A DNA stretch of 64,000 bases from the human T2T-CHM13v2.0 reference genome, Homo sapiens. Each line of letters starts with the position of its first letter. Position 1 is the first letter of the stretch. The stretch lies in assembly GCF_009914755.1 (NCBI RefSeq), contig NC_060929.1. One strand, 5' to 3'. Both the position numbers and the translations under genes were made by a program. The notes below the pieces were generated by a model. The model saw only the letters and a program-made list of their open reading frames with translations. It was not told the origin of the DNA and searched no databases. Of the stretch, positions 50,470-64,000 are shown one piece after another.

Positions 50470-51405
50470 TCATGAACTTAATTAAACTAAAAAGCTTCTG
50501 CACAGCAAAAGAAATAATCAGCAGAGTAGACAGACAACCCACAGAGTGGGCTAAAATCTTTGCAAACTATGCATACAACAAAGGACTAGTATATGGAACC
50601 TACAACAATCTCAAACAAATCATCAAGAATAAAACAAACAATCCCATCAAAATGTGGCCTAAAGACATAAGTAGACAATTATCAAAAGAAGATATATAAA
50701 TGGGCAACAAGTATATGGAAAAATGCTCAACATCACTAATGATCAGGAAAAAGCAAATCAAAACCACAGTACAATACCACCTTACTCCTCAAAGAATGGC
50801 GATAATTTAAAAATTAAAAAAAAATAATAGATGTTGGTGTGGATTGGGTGAAAAGGGATCACTTTTACACTGTTGATGAGAATGTAAACTAATACAACCG
50901 CTATGAAAAACAGTGTGGAGACACATGTTTATAGCAGCACCATTCACAATTGCAAAAATATGGAACCAGCGCAAATGCCCATTAATCAATGAGCGGGTAA
51001 AGAAAATGTGATCTATCTATCTTATCTATCTATCCATCACATTAATTACTACTGAGTCTTAAAAAGGAATGAAATAATGGCATTCACAGCAACCTGGATG
51101 GAATTGAAGACCATTATTCAAAGTGAAGTAACTCAGGAACAGAAAACCAAACATCGTATGTTCTCAGTTATAAGTGGGAGCTAAGCTATAAGGACACAAA
51201 AGCATAAGAATGATAAAATGCACTTTGGGGACTTGAGGGGAGGGAATGCAGAAGGGAGTAAGGGACAAAAGACTACACATCGGGTACATTGTACACAGCT
51301 CGGGTGATGGGTGCACCAAACTCTCAGAAATCACCGCTAAAGAACTTATCCATGTAACCAAACACCACCTGTTCCCCAAGAACCTATCGAAATATAAAAA
51401 AGAAA
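50470..51405 (+). mobile_element. L1PB-type 3' fragment
   Basis: ORF2 C-terminal remnant and 3'UTR aaaagactacacatcgggtac..gggtgatgggtgcacc..ctaaagaacttatccatgtaacc; internal deletion near 50920. Confidence 0.85.
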
Positions 51406-51409
51406 AAGA

Positions 51410-53270
51410 ATAACAGAATTGGAAGACTCATACTACCTGATTTTAACAAGAGCTACAATAATTAAAAAGGTGTGGTAGTATTAATTAAAGGATAGACACA
51501 TACGTCAATGGGACAGAACAGAGAGTCCAGAAAAAGACCCACACACATATGATCAACTGGGCTTTGACAAAAGTAAAAAGGTAACTCAATAGAAAAAGGA
51601 TAATCTTTTCAACAAAATAGGTTGGAAAATTTAGACATACATATGTAAGGAAAAAAAAAGATCCTCAACTAAGATGCCTTAGGTATGACATAAAAAGCGT
51701 GATTCATAAAGAAAATGTAATAAATTTTATTTCACCAAAATTAAAAACTTTTTGTGTGTAAGGCCTTATTAGACAATAAAAATGACAGTTACAGACTGGG
51801 GAAAAATTATTGCATATCGCACATGCAGTAAAAGACTAGTGTCCATAACCTCTCACCTTAAGATCCTAGCAAAAGAAAAGCAAACTAAACCCAAAGCTAA
51901 AGAAAGGAAACAATAAAAATTAAAATGGAGTTTTTAAAAATCGAGAGTAGAGAAATAAGAGAAAGCCAATAAAACCAAAAGTTCTTTCTTTGAAAATATC
52001 AACAAAATTGACAAACCTTTATTTACAATTACCAAGAAAAAAATAGAAATAATTCAAATTATTAAAATCAAGAATGAAAGGTGGAACATCACCACCAATC
52101 TTACAGAAGTAAAAAGAACGTATAAGATAATGTCATAAATAAATGTATGCCAACAAATTAGATAACTAATATGCAATGGAAATATTACTACAAAAACACA
52201 AATTACCAAAACTGACTCAATAAGAAACAAAAAATCTGAGCAGACCTATAACAGTTAAAGGGATTGAATCAGTAATCAAAAAACTTCCAACAAAGAAAAG
52301 CCCAGGGCCATATGGCTTCTTAGTGAATTCTACTAAATATTTAAAGAGGAATTAACACCAATCCTTCTCAAACTCTTTTTAAAAATGGCATAGATATAAA
52401 CACTTCTTAATTTATTTTATAGGGCTAGTATTATCCTGATAGCAAAATCAGATTGACATTAAAAAAACTACAGATCAATATTCTTTATCAATACAGATGC
52501 AAAAATCCTTAACAAAATACTAGCAAATCAAATCCAGTAGCATATTTAAGAAATTATAAACCACACACCATGACCAAGAAGAAATTTTATCCCAGAAGCA
52601 TAAGGCTTAGTTTAACATTCTAAAATTAGTTAATGTAATACACTATATTAATGAATGAAGAGAAAAATATCTCGATAGATGAAGAAAAGGCATTTAAAAA
52701 AATCCAGTTGTCATGACAAACACCTCAAATAAAGGAAAACTTCAACTTGAAAAAGAAAATTTATGAAAAATCCACAGCTAATATCATACTTAATGTAGAA
52801 AAACTAAATAATTTTCTGCCAAGAAGAAGAAAAAGATAAAGATGTCCACTCTCACTACTTCTAATGGAAATTGTGCTAAAATATCTATCCAGAGAAAATA
52901 GGGAAAAACAGTGCATATAAAAACCTGCACATAAATTTTCATAGAAGCATTATTCATAATAGCTCAAAATTGGGAGCAACCAATTATCTATCAACTTATA
53001 AATGGATAAACAAAAAAACAAAAAATACACAATAAATATATATATCCATACAATTAATATATATATATCCATACAATGAAAAAATATATATATACATCTC
53101 CATATAATAAATATATCCATACCTTGAAATATTGTTTGGCAATAAATATAAATGAAGTACTGATATGTGCTACAATATGGGTGAAACTTGAAAATATTCT
53201 GTTAAGTGATAAAAGCCAGGCACAAAAAAACACATACCGTATGATCCCATTTGTGTAAAATGTTTTTCAT
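51410..53270 (+). mobile_element. Old L1M fragments (rearranged ORF2 pieces and 3' end)
   Basis: A-rich degenerate ORF2; ends with atgaagtactgatatgtgctacaatatgggtgaaacttgaaaa. Confidence 0.8.
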
Positions 53271-54194
53271 TTCTCTTGTTTTGCTTTTCTGTTTTCCATA
53301 GAATAGCTTACTATTGCAGGCGGGGGGTAGGGTGGGAATTAGTATTATGTCCTGAATTTTTATGTGTATTTTTCTATAATGTACAAAGAGTTACATCCTC
53401 AAGTGAAAAGTTATGCCCCTTTTCTGTCATCTTTTTTCATTACAGCTAACAGGTTTTGTTTTTCTAATTTCTCAATAATTTTAATATTAGAGATGCCATA
53501 ATTCTTACAACAGGGAAGGAATCTCAGGAGGTCAGGCTGTCAGAGAAGAACACACAATTTGTTACATAGAACGTAACTATTAATGGGAAAAAGGGTTCTA
53601 TTAGTAAAATGCAAGGAAGATAACACTTAACAGCTAGAAATTTTCTCCAAACGATCTATGTTTCTATTTTAAATTGTATCATGGATATTCAGTATGTCTT
53701 CTAGCTGATTCTATTTGTTAACTGAATTTGCACTAGAAATTTGTTCATATTACATTATGTGATATGATAAATAATTTTCTGTGGCCATGCCAAGTTCATG
53801 AACTCTACAATATTCCCTGATATAGCACATATCTACTAGCTCATATGAAATATGTGGGCATTATTTCTTTTCTAAGAAATATGCCAAAATCCCATCCCCT
53901 GATTCACCAGTGGTTATTTTAGTGGTGCCCTAAATATTTTTCTTTTCTTAGTGTCACACAGAATCTGATAATATAAAAATTAAATGCTAACCATGGTTAA
54001 GTGAATAAAACATATGTAATTTAGAGGCATTTATATAGAAATGATTCACCAAACTGAATATTGACCTTAAAAATATTAATGGATGCCATTAGAAAAAATA
54101 GATAGGTACAATTAAATCAAAGTATACTATTGGAAATTTTTTAAATCTAACTTTAAACACTAAATTAGTGTAATTACTACTAACTCTCTTCAAT

Positions 54195-54400
54195 TATTTC
54201 ACAAATATTTATTGAGTGGGTACGATATGGAAGGTAGTAGGTCAAGAACTGTGTAAGATATGAAGATGAATAAGATAAGATCCTGCCCTCTAGAGTTTAT
54301 AATATAGAACCAGAGATAGGACATGAACAAAAACTATCACTGTACTTGAAAGTACAATGTGCCAAACAGCAAAACGTAAGTACAGATAAGCTGCTATAGA
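54195..54400 (-). mobile_element. L2 3' end
   Basis: caaatatttattgagtg..gatgaataagataagatcctgccctctagagttta. Confidence 0.7.
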
Positions 54401-55884
54401 TATTTCTCATCTCAGGGACTCATTCTACTGCCTTAAGGTAACTGGTAGAAAGGCTGTCTTTTTCTTGCCTGCATTTATTACTAATGTTATACTCCTTTAT
54501 TCAAATCATAATCTAAGAAATTAATTTAAGAAAGTAATCAACAGAAGCTGGGCATTATATCTATACCAGGAAAAAGTAGAAAAAAACACCTGTACACTAA
54601 ATAAATGGGAAATAAATTATTACACAATGATTTGATGAAGTAGGATGAAATCATTATATAATGTTCAACTAAGTATAGACATATGCAGCATAATTTTTAA
54701 ATGTAAACAGGAAATTAGTTTTATTAGGATAGTGAGACTATGGGTATTATTTGGGAGGCAATCTTTAATGTTGTGATATTTTTATGATGGAAAAAATAAA
54801 AGAACATACATTGGCATTTATTTACTGAGATATCACATCAAAGTATTCTGTTTTCCACATTATGCAGAAAAATTAAAAGATTAATTACCGAGGAAGCATT
54901 ACTTCTATACTCAACTGCATATCTGTATTGATAGTGTGGTTGACCCAGTAGCACCTAGATTATGATTAAGACAGACGCACATAGCAACCAGGCATTATGA
55001 GGTTATGACATGATATTCCATAGAGTTCTCCAAACAGCTCCAAGAGCATTTACACTTTACTGGCAAACCATGTCCTTAAGATGGATAGTCATGAAGCTAA
55101 CCAACCCCAGATTATTGCTGGTTTTTTTTTTACAAAAATTAAAACATCTGCTTTCTTTTTATCTATGTCCCTCCCTCTACTTTCATTGAAAAAAAAGAAA
55201 AACAATATGTTTATATCTTGCCTAAACAGTTTAGTAGATGGATAAGTGTTGATCATTATACTAATAACTAGAAATGTTAATACAGAAAATTATTAAAATT
55301 TCATATTATATCCCTTTTCACTAATTGTACTCCCAAACAGGCTTATGTAATAAAAGTTGCCTTCAAGCCAAGTCCTAATGTCTACAGTCACATGGAATGG
55401 TTATCCACATTTCTTCCTCTTAAAGTTTTATTTTCTGATTTGGAAAGTATTACTTATTGAGCCAACTTTTCATTAAATACTAAATTTTTTCTTAGCCAGC
55501 TCCCAGAGGGGAGGTAGTTTTATTGCAATATATGAACACATGGAATTTGCAGATATTTGTGGGCAAGCCCCTGCAACTATCTCATAGTTCACTGTACCAA
55601 ATTTTTTATATCACGAGCCAAGTTTATTCTTCCTCATCCAGGATAGAGTTCCCTTCTAGAGGCTGACACACACAAAAAAGGAGGAGATATTGTGTATCAC
55701 ACCTAAATCTAAAAACCCAAACCATGTTAAAATAGATTTTCACAACAAGAAGTAGACAGCAGTTTACTATGAGTAGAGTTTTTAAAACTAGTGCAGTGCC
55801 TCCAATTTTCTAAATTCAATCATAGAAGTATCAGGGAAAATTGACGTTTCATCTTTGTACCTCACATTCGTGTTTAATTATTTA

Positions 55885-56260
55885 CTAATTCATTCATTCA
55901 TTCAATCATTATTTGTTGAGTGCTGACTATGGGTTAAAACACTCTGTTAGGCACTAGGAACATATTGCTAAACCGAAAGAAGATCGTTTCTATCTTCACA
56001 GAGGTGAATCCAGACATTGAAGAACCAATTACAGAATTGCTTATTTAAATACACGCTATGAAGAAGAACTACAAATTTTTGATAGTATGTAACTGAGGTG
56101 GTTTTGCAAGATTCCTCTGGGGGAAAAAATAGCACATATTCTGAAATATGAAGGACAAACAAACCTAGGCAAGGTCAAGCTGCGAATAAGGAGACAGGAA
56201 AAAAGCAACAAAGGACATTTCAGATGAGAAAAAAGCATGTGCATAGGCTCTGAGGCAGAA
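55885..56260 (-). mobile_element. L2 3' end (resumes at about 62140-62270 after the L1 insertion)
   Basis: (ttca)n, atttgttgagtgctgactatg..ctgttaggcactagg. Confidence 0.75.
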
Positions 56261-56340
56261 AGAAAAAAAAGGAAAGAAAGCAAAGAAAGAAAGAAAGGAA
56301 AGGAAAGGAAGGAAGGAAGGAAAGAAAAGGAAGGAAGGAG
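56258..56340 (+). repeat. (GAAA/GGAA)n low-complexity tract
   Basis: Direct reading. Confidence 0.9.
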
Positions 56341-56354
56341 CAAACTAGAGACAA

Positions 56355-59300
56355 GGAGGGCGGGGGTTGAAGATGGCTGATTAGAAGCATTTTAAGCCTG
56401 CTGCTAAACTTAGAAGAACTAGAGTAGTGTAGTGCATAGATAGTTACACTTTGAGTTTATTTTCCAAGAGAGAACACTGAATTCAACAGGGAAGTGACAG
56501 GAGGCACCAAAAGTGGGAGTCGGTGGGGCGGATGGGAGAAGAGGCAACCTCCCTGGCCGGGATTGGCTGCAAGCCTGGAGTGACTTCTCAACACAGGGAA
56601 GGGATGAGTAAAAGACTTCCAGCAGCCCACATCCCCACCATGCAATCACGCAATTCTGGCCTACGGAGATGCCCTCATTTCTCTCAACCCCTGAAATAAC
56701 GTAGGAAGCTGCTGGGAGACTGTGGGATGGAACTCCTCCAGGGAGGGAGCTCATACGGTATCTCACACCCTTTCTAAGACCTATGCAGCTACAGCAAGTT
56801 GTCATTTTCAAAACTAGCTCTGGTACTGCACACTGTTCTGGGACCCAGGGGCACTGGGAATGAGGCATTACTGAAACCCAAGCTGTCATTGCTGGGACAG
56901 CAGAGCAAGCCTGGAGCACTGCCACCGCCAGGGCTAGAAAGCAAGCAAGGAGTAGGCAGCAGTTTCCAGTCATGGGAAGCAAGTGCTTAGCTGCTGAGAT
57001 CTAAGATGGGGATGCGAGCATAGTGTGAATTGCCACTGGGACTTGGTCATAAACTGGGCGTAGTCTCCTGTAGCCAGAGCAAGAGACAAGCCCTGAAGGG
57101 ACTGGGGTGTGAATGAGATCCACGTCGCCCACATATCAGCTGAGACCACTGAGGGAGGCCCCAATCTCTGCCATGGCAGTGCCTCAGCTTTTCTGCTATT
57201 GCCCTTTATTCCAAGCACTGCTCCTGGGACCTGAAGATCACCCCACCCTGGCCCTCCACATCTGGTGCCCACTTTCACCATGGTGGGGGGTTGGGGGCAC
57301 ACCTAAGCACAAGCTCATGCAGCCCAGCTTTGGCCCCCTCAGGACAGTGCACATAGCCTGAGGTTCTGGGGATCAGTAATCCACCATCTTGGGTACCTGA
57401 GCACTCCTCCTGGGGGCCTAAGGTCAGACCTAACCTCCCAGCTGCTACCACCTCAGCTGCCACCCACCTGCAAGTTCCACTTGTGGGCCTGTAGACTCGC
57501 TCACCCAACCCCTCACAGCCATAGCCAACAGCAACACATACCACTTGAGACCCAGAGAATTTTCCCACCATTGCCACTATTATCACCCAATCCACACCAG
57601 CTGTCAGGGACGTGAGTACTTACCAGCCTGCCCAGTCCACTGCGTCATTATCAGCATTTGAGCATGCCACCTAGAGACCCAAGAATAGACCCACCAGTAA
57701 CTGCCAACACAGGTGCCACTGGGGCACAAAGGTAGGCACACTCAGCCTATGGCTGCCACTACTGGGGCCTGAGGACCAGCCCACCTGGTATCCTAGTCTC
57801 CAGAACAACTTTACCATAGCCTCCGTAATAGCCACACCCTAACCCACCAAGTGAATCAAAGACACCACTAATATCAAAGAAATCATACAGAGAGACTACA
57901 CTACCGAACATGTCCAGAATCAGAGCCAGAGTAACTTATCCAACCAACACCATAGATACATCTTTGGAAAAAGATCCTCCCTCAATGAAAGTATATTCAA
58001 AAATAGTAAGAACCGACTGTTAACAACAAATGCGTAAATGTCAATGTATGTAAGAACAAATGAAGAATGAAAAAGCAAGGAAATATAACACTTGCAAAGG
58101 AACACAATAATTCTCCAGGAATAGATCTTAATCAAAATGAAATTTTCAAAACCCCAGATAAAGAATTAAAAACATTGATTTTAAAGAAACTCAGTGAGAT
58201 CCAAGGGAATTCTGAAAAACAGTACAAAAAATCAGAAATATAAATCAGAAATATAGTTCAGGTTATGAGTGAGAATTATACTGAAAAGATGGATATTTTT
58301 AAAAGAATCAAATAGAAATTCCTGAACTGAAGAATTTATTGAAGGAAATCCAAAATACATTTGAAAGCTTCAACAATAGACTAGGTTACACAGAAGACAG
58401 AGCCTCATAACTTGAAGACATCTTTTAAAATAATCCAAACTGAAAAAAGAAGAAAAAAGGAAAAACAAGAATAAGCAAAGCCATTGAGACATTTGAGACA
58501 ACATAAAGTGACTGAATATACAAATTATTGCCTCCCTGGGAATGAAGAAACAAGGAAAGGATCAGAAAACATATTTAACAAAATAATGGATGAAAACATC
58601 CCAAGTCTAGCAAGAGGTTTAGACATTTATATTCAGGAGGCTCAATCCCCAGATAGATAAATACAAAAAATCTTCCCCAGGGCACATTAAAATCAGAATG
58701 TCTAAAGTCAAAGTTAAAGAGAAAATCCTAAAAACACCAAGAGAAAGCTATTTAATAACGTACAGAGAAAACCCTGGCAGACAGGGGTTTTAAATCCCAT
58801 GGATTTAAACAGGGCTTTAGACCAAATGGACCTAACAGACATTTACAGAGCATTCTATCCAACAGCTTCAAAATATACATTCTTTTCGTCAACACTTTCT
58901 CCAGGATGGACCATATGTTAGGCCACAAAACAAGACATAATTACTTTTAAAAGTCAAAATCATGAAGTATCCTCTCACACTACAATGTAATAAAACCAGA
59001 AATCAATACAAAGGGAAGCTTGAAACTATACAAATACAGGGAATTAAACAACATGTTTCTGAATGACCACTGGGTCAACAAAAATATTTCAAGATGGAAA
59101 TCAAAAAATTTCTTGAAACAAATAAAAATGGAAACACAGTATACCAAAACCTGTGGGACACAGCAAAAGCAGTGCTAAAAGGGAAGTTTACAGCAATAAA
59201 CACCAATTTCAAAAAAAGTAGAAAGATGAGAAACTAACGATCTAAGAGTGCATTTCAAGTGACTAAAAAGCAAGAACAAACCAAATGCAAAATTAGCAGA

Positions 59301-62130
59301 AGAAAAGAAATAATAAAGACCAGAACTGAGCTAAATTAAATAGAAATTAAAAATAAAAATACGAAGAATCAATGAAATTAACAGTTGGTTCTTTGAAAAG
59401 AAACAAAATTAATAAACCAGTAGTTAGATTAATCAAGAAAAGAAGAGAGAAGACCCAAACAAACAAAATCAGAAATGAAAAAAAAGAGACATTACAACTG
59501 ATACCACAGAAATACGAAAGATCATCAAAGACTACTATGAACAACTACACACTGACAGACTGGAAAACCTAGAGGAAATAAATTCCTGGAAACATACAAC
59601 CTACTAAGATGAATCAAGAAGAAAGAGAAAACCAGAGCATACCAATAACGAAAAGTGAAATTGAATCAGTAATAAAAAATGTCTCCCAGCAAAGAAAAGT
59701 CCAGGACCGATGGATTCATAACCAAATTTTACCAAATGTACAAAGAAGAACTAATGTCAATCCTCCTGAAACTATTCCAAAACAGCAAAGAGATAATTCC
59801 TCCCAACTCAATTTACTTGCCCAGTATTACCGTGATACTAAAACCAAACTAGGACATGCCAAAACAAAAACATGCAGGTCAATATCCCTGAAGAACACAA
59901 ACACAAAAATCCTCAACAAAATACTAGCAAACTGAATCCAACAGCACATAAATAAGATAATACACTATAATAAGGTAGAATTTTCAATAAATGTAATACA
60001 TCACATCAACAAAATGAAGGACAAAACCATATGATCATCTCAATAGACTCATAAAAAATTTTAATAAAAATTATAATAAAAGCCATATATGATAAGCCCA
60101 CAGCTTACATCCTACTGAATGGGGAAAAGTTGAAAGCATTTTCTCTAAGACTGGAACAAGACAAGGATGCCCACTTTCACCACTCCTAATAAACATATTA
60201 CTGAAAGTTCAGGCCAGACTAATCAGGCAAAAGAAAAAGAAAAGAAAAGGCACCAAATTGGAAAAGAGGAAGGCAAACTCACTCTCTTTGTTAATGAAAG
60301 GATCTTATATCTAGAAAAACCTACAGAATCCACTAAAATACTCTTAGATCTGATAAATAAATTCAGTAAAGTTGCGGACCACAAAATCAATATACAAAAA
60401 TTAACATTTCCATATATCAACATTGATTGAGCTGAGAAAAAAAATCAAGAAAACAATCCTTGGGCTGAGTGCAGTGGCCCACATCCGTAACCTCAACAAT
60501 TTGGGAGAAGGAGATGGGAGGATTACTTGAAGCCAGTTCAAGTCCAGCCTGGGCAGCATATCAAGACCCTGTCTTTACAAAAAATATACACTAAAATTTA
60601 AAAAAATAAGCTGGGTAGAGTGATGTGTGTCTGTAGTCCCAGCTACTCAGGAGACTGAGGCAGGAGGATCACTTGAATCCAGGAATTCAAGGCTGCAGCG
60701 AGCTATAATCACCACTTTACTCCAGCCTGGGTGACAGACTGAGACTCTGTCAGTCTGTCAGAGAAAAATCAATAAATAAAAGCGATCTCATTTGCAATAG
60801 ATACAAAACAAATACCTAGGAATAAATTTAACCAATGAGATAAAAGATCTCTACAAGGAAAACTACAAAAAGGTGATGAAAATAATTGAAAGTGACACAA
60901 ACAAATGGAAAAACATCCCATGTTTATGGATTGGAAGAGTTTATATTGTTAATATGACTATGTTGCCCAAAGCAATCTACATATTCAATACAATTCCTAT
61001 GAAAATACCAATGTCATTCACAGACTTAGTAAAAACAATTCTAAAATGTATTAATATATGAAACAAAAAAGCCCAAATAAATAATGTAATCCTGAGCAAA
61101 AAGAACAAAGCTAGAGGTATCACATTAAAAGTCTATAGTAACTGAAACAATATGTTATTAGTATAAAAATAGACATATAGATCAATGGAAGAGAATAGAG
61201 CACGCAAAAATAAAGCCACATATTTACAGCCAACCGATATTTGATAAAACTGACAAGAACTTACACTGGACAAAAGACACTCTCTTCAATAAATGCTGTT
61301 GGGAAAATTAAATAGCCACATGCAGAAGAATGAAACTGGATATTTATCTTTCACCATACACAAAAATCAACCAAGATAGATTAAAGACTTAAATGTAAGA
61401 CCTGAAACTATAAAAGTACTAGAAGAAAATCTAAAGAAAACTCTCCTGGACATTGGTCTAGGCAAAGAATTTATGACTAATATCTCCAAAGCACAGGCAA
61501 CAACAACAAAACAATAGAACAATGGAAATTAATTAAACTGAAAAGCTTTTGTACAAAGACATAATCAGTAATGAAGAGAGAACCTTTTGAATGGGAGAAA
61601 ATATTTACAAAGTATCCAAGAATGGACTAATATTCAGAATATACAAGAAATTCAAACAAGTCAACAGGAAAAAATAAATCCCATTAAAAGGATGCAATGG
61701 ACATGAAGAGACATTTCTCAAAAGTACAAATAACTAATAGATACATTAAAAAAACTCTACTAATCATTGGAGAAATGCAAATCAAAACCACAATTAGATA
61801 ATATTTTACCCCAGTTAGAAAGCCTATTATTAAAAATACAAAAATAACGGATATTGGCCAGGATACAGGGTTCCCTTTGGGTATTTACCCAAAGGAAAAT
61901 AAATCAACATATCGAGTGACACCTGCACTCCTATGTCTATTGAAGCACTATTCACAATAGCAAAGATATGGAATTAACCTAAGTGTTAATTGACATAATA
62001 TTGACAATGACGTAATATTCAGTCATTAAAAAAATGTCATTTGCAATAACATGGATGGAACTGGAGGTCACTATCTTAAGTGAAATAAACCAGGCACAAA
62101 AAGACAAATATCTCATGTTCTCACTTGGAT
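56355..62130 (+). mobile_element. Near-full-span older L1 (L1M1/L1MA-type) with long GC-richer 5'UTR and internal deletions
   Basis: gaagatggctgattagaagc start; ORF1 remnant about 58060-58790; deletion into the EN domain; ORF2 fragments in the track (59372-61061); ends near atgttctcact. Confidence 0.85.
60463..60780 (+). mobile_element. AluJ nested in L1
   Basis: ggctgagtgcagtggc..tgtagtcccagctactcaggag..ccagcctgggtgacaga. Confidence 0.92.
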
Positions 62131-62412
62131 AGCTAGGATACACAGAGGGTAAGGACAGAATGTTGTGAAGTGAGACTAATGGACGAGTAGAGGCAGGTGA
62201 AGTCAAGCATAATAGGTCATAGTAGGATTTGGCTTTTGTTCTAAAAGCAGTGTAGCTCCACTAAAGTGACAGGTCATGTCTCATTATCAAATAACTATGG
62301 CATCATCAGTGACCTCTGGCTTCTCAGCGCTTCCACGGTTTTTATTGTCTGCATCAGGAATCAGTCATGTAATCAATTTCTACCTTGTATTATTCACGAG
62401 TTTATATCATTT

Positions 62413-63985
62413 TGATGGCAGCAGCAGCCCATCTGGAGTGGCCACTGCCATGATGTCAGCTGCAGTGGGGAAGTTGCAGCCAGGGCTGCTCACTCCATGG
62501 AGCCAGTGGGAGCTAGGAACAGGTGGAATCCCCGCCCCATTCCAAGTTGGAGTGGTGGGAGCCCCACCTTCCTGGGCGCAGCTGCAACTGCCCAGCCCCA
62601 GCTGCAAACCCAGCCATCTCTGCACTCCTGGGGACTCAGGAAGCCCCCCTCCCCAGGAAGGCTTGAAAGTGCCTGCTCCTGCTACCTGTCTTCTCCCCAG
62701 TCCCAGTGCCCACTCCGATTTTGAAGCAAAGTTGTGGCTGAGCCCAGGCACTATCATGAGTCGGCCGGGTGTGTGTACACTCAGGACAAACTGACATGTC
62801 AACCCCCTGCCACCTTGGCCCACTCCGGACTTTGGGTGCCAACAAGCACAAGAGGGAGGCCAAGGGGGTGCTAAGGGTGACTTAACGTGGGCCTTAAGGC
62901 ACCCCTTGGCATGAACAGCCTGGGTGCCATGGGCATCATGGATGGCAGGTAAATGGCAGCAGGAGGCAGACAGGTTCCTGGGCAGAAAGAGTCAGGTCCT
63001 CAGTAAAACCCCACTTTTAGGCCAGGGATGGCCTGAGGCCTGGGGGCTGGTTTGCCAGCTCCACAGACCCGAGTGAGAACTTAAGAGTGCTTTTTCGGAG
63101 CCTGCCCATGGCCACCCATGGACCAATCAGCACGCATTTCCTACCTTCTGAAGCCAATAAAAACACCAGATTCAGGCAGACTTGGGCAGATGACAGGACA
63201 ACCTGCCTGTGGAGAGGAGCTACTGACTGTGGGTCTCCTCTCTGCTGAGAGGTGGACACTCGTCAAGATGATCTGCCTGCGGACAGGAGCTACCTACTGC
63301 AGGTCTCCTCTGAGCTGTTCTGTCACTCAATAAAGCACCTTTTCACCTTGCTAACCCTCCACTTGTCCATATGCTTCATTCTTCCTGGACACAATACAAG
63401 AACTCAGGACCCACCAAATGGTAGGGCTAAAAGAGCTGTAACACAAACGGCTGAAACACGTCCCTTACTTGCCATGTTGGGGGTGACAAGAAGGAAAGGA
63501 GGGAGAAGGAGAGAAGACTTATGGCCCTTCAGAGAGCCCAGACCAATGGGCTCCCTGAAGGCTGTGACACCCTCTTCGGGATCTGTGGTTCCTGGCATCT
63601 CCAAGCTTAGGGGCAACACTGCATTCCCCGGTGCCAGCCATGGAAGCTGCTTGCGGTACGCTTGGTCAAGCCAAAGCCTCTCAGGGAGTTGGCACCCATG
63701 CCAGTGCCTGGAGCTGCCCACCCCACCACAGCTGGTGTGCCTGGCTGTGCACTGTGGCTGGACCCCATGCTCACTCACTCACACACCCCACACACCCCTC
63801 ACCACTTCGTGTCTGGCTTGCCCTTGGCAGGCCAGGGGATCCTGGCTGGTAGCACAAGCCAAGTGCAGCCTGCCAGGCCAAGTGGGTGGAACAAGCCCAG
63901 CATGCGTGAGCAAAACATGGGCAAAGGTGTCACCACCCACAGAGGTTTCTGGCCGGAAAAGCAATGCCCCAAGGCTCCTGTGAGG
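62413..63985 (+). mobile_element. MER52A-like ERV1 solo LTR
   Basis: tgatggcagcagcagcccatctggagtggcc start, aataaa at about 63329, end gaaaagcaatgccccaaggctcctgtga; about 1.57 kb, GC-rich. Confidence 0.85.
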
Positions 63986-64000
63986 TTTTCATTTAAATTT

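Noticed and set aside
56419-57595. Cluster of 60-187 aa ORFs
   Set aside because: They lie in the GC-richer 5'UTR of an old L1.
62276-63983. ORFs of 172 and 243 aa
   Set aside because: Chance ORFs in a GC-rich MER52-type LTR; no recognisable domain.

Overview
Primate (probably human or ape) nuclear DNA, AT-rich and dominated by interspersed repeats. It holds two inverted L1PA7-like LINE-1 copies, an intact MER57-type ERV1 provirus with both LTRs, primer binding site (PBS) and target-site duplication (TSD), a MER52 solo LTR, THE1/MLT LTRs, Tigger-family DNA transposons, Alus, MIRs and L2s. No intact protein-coding gene is visible, and nearly all long ORFs in the track are L1, Alu or LTR derived. 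The main discovery is on the minus strand between about 32808 and 15: a chain of about 25 exon-like segments, mostly bounded by canonical AG/GT splice sites and largely phase-compatible. Their stop- and frameshift-riddled translation matches GREB1/GREB1L motifs in the correct order from the N-terminus to the start of the C-terminal glycosyltransferase-like domain. This looks like a long-dead, highly diverged third GREB1-family paralogue (unprocessed, probably unitary pseudogene) that runs off the left edge. The comparison was made by eye against GREB1/GREB1L sequences recalled from memory, so it needs confirming by TBLASTN, GeneWise or HMM search. Repeat subfamily names are also recognised by eye.
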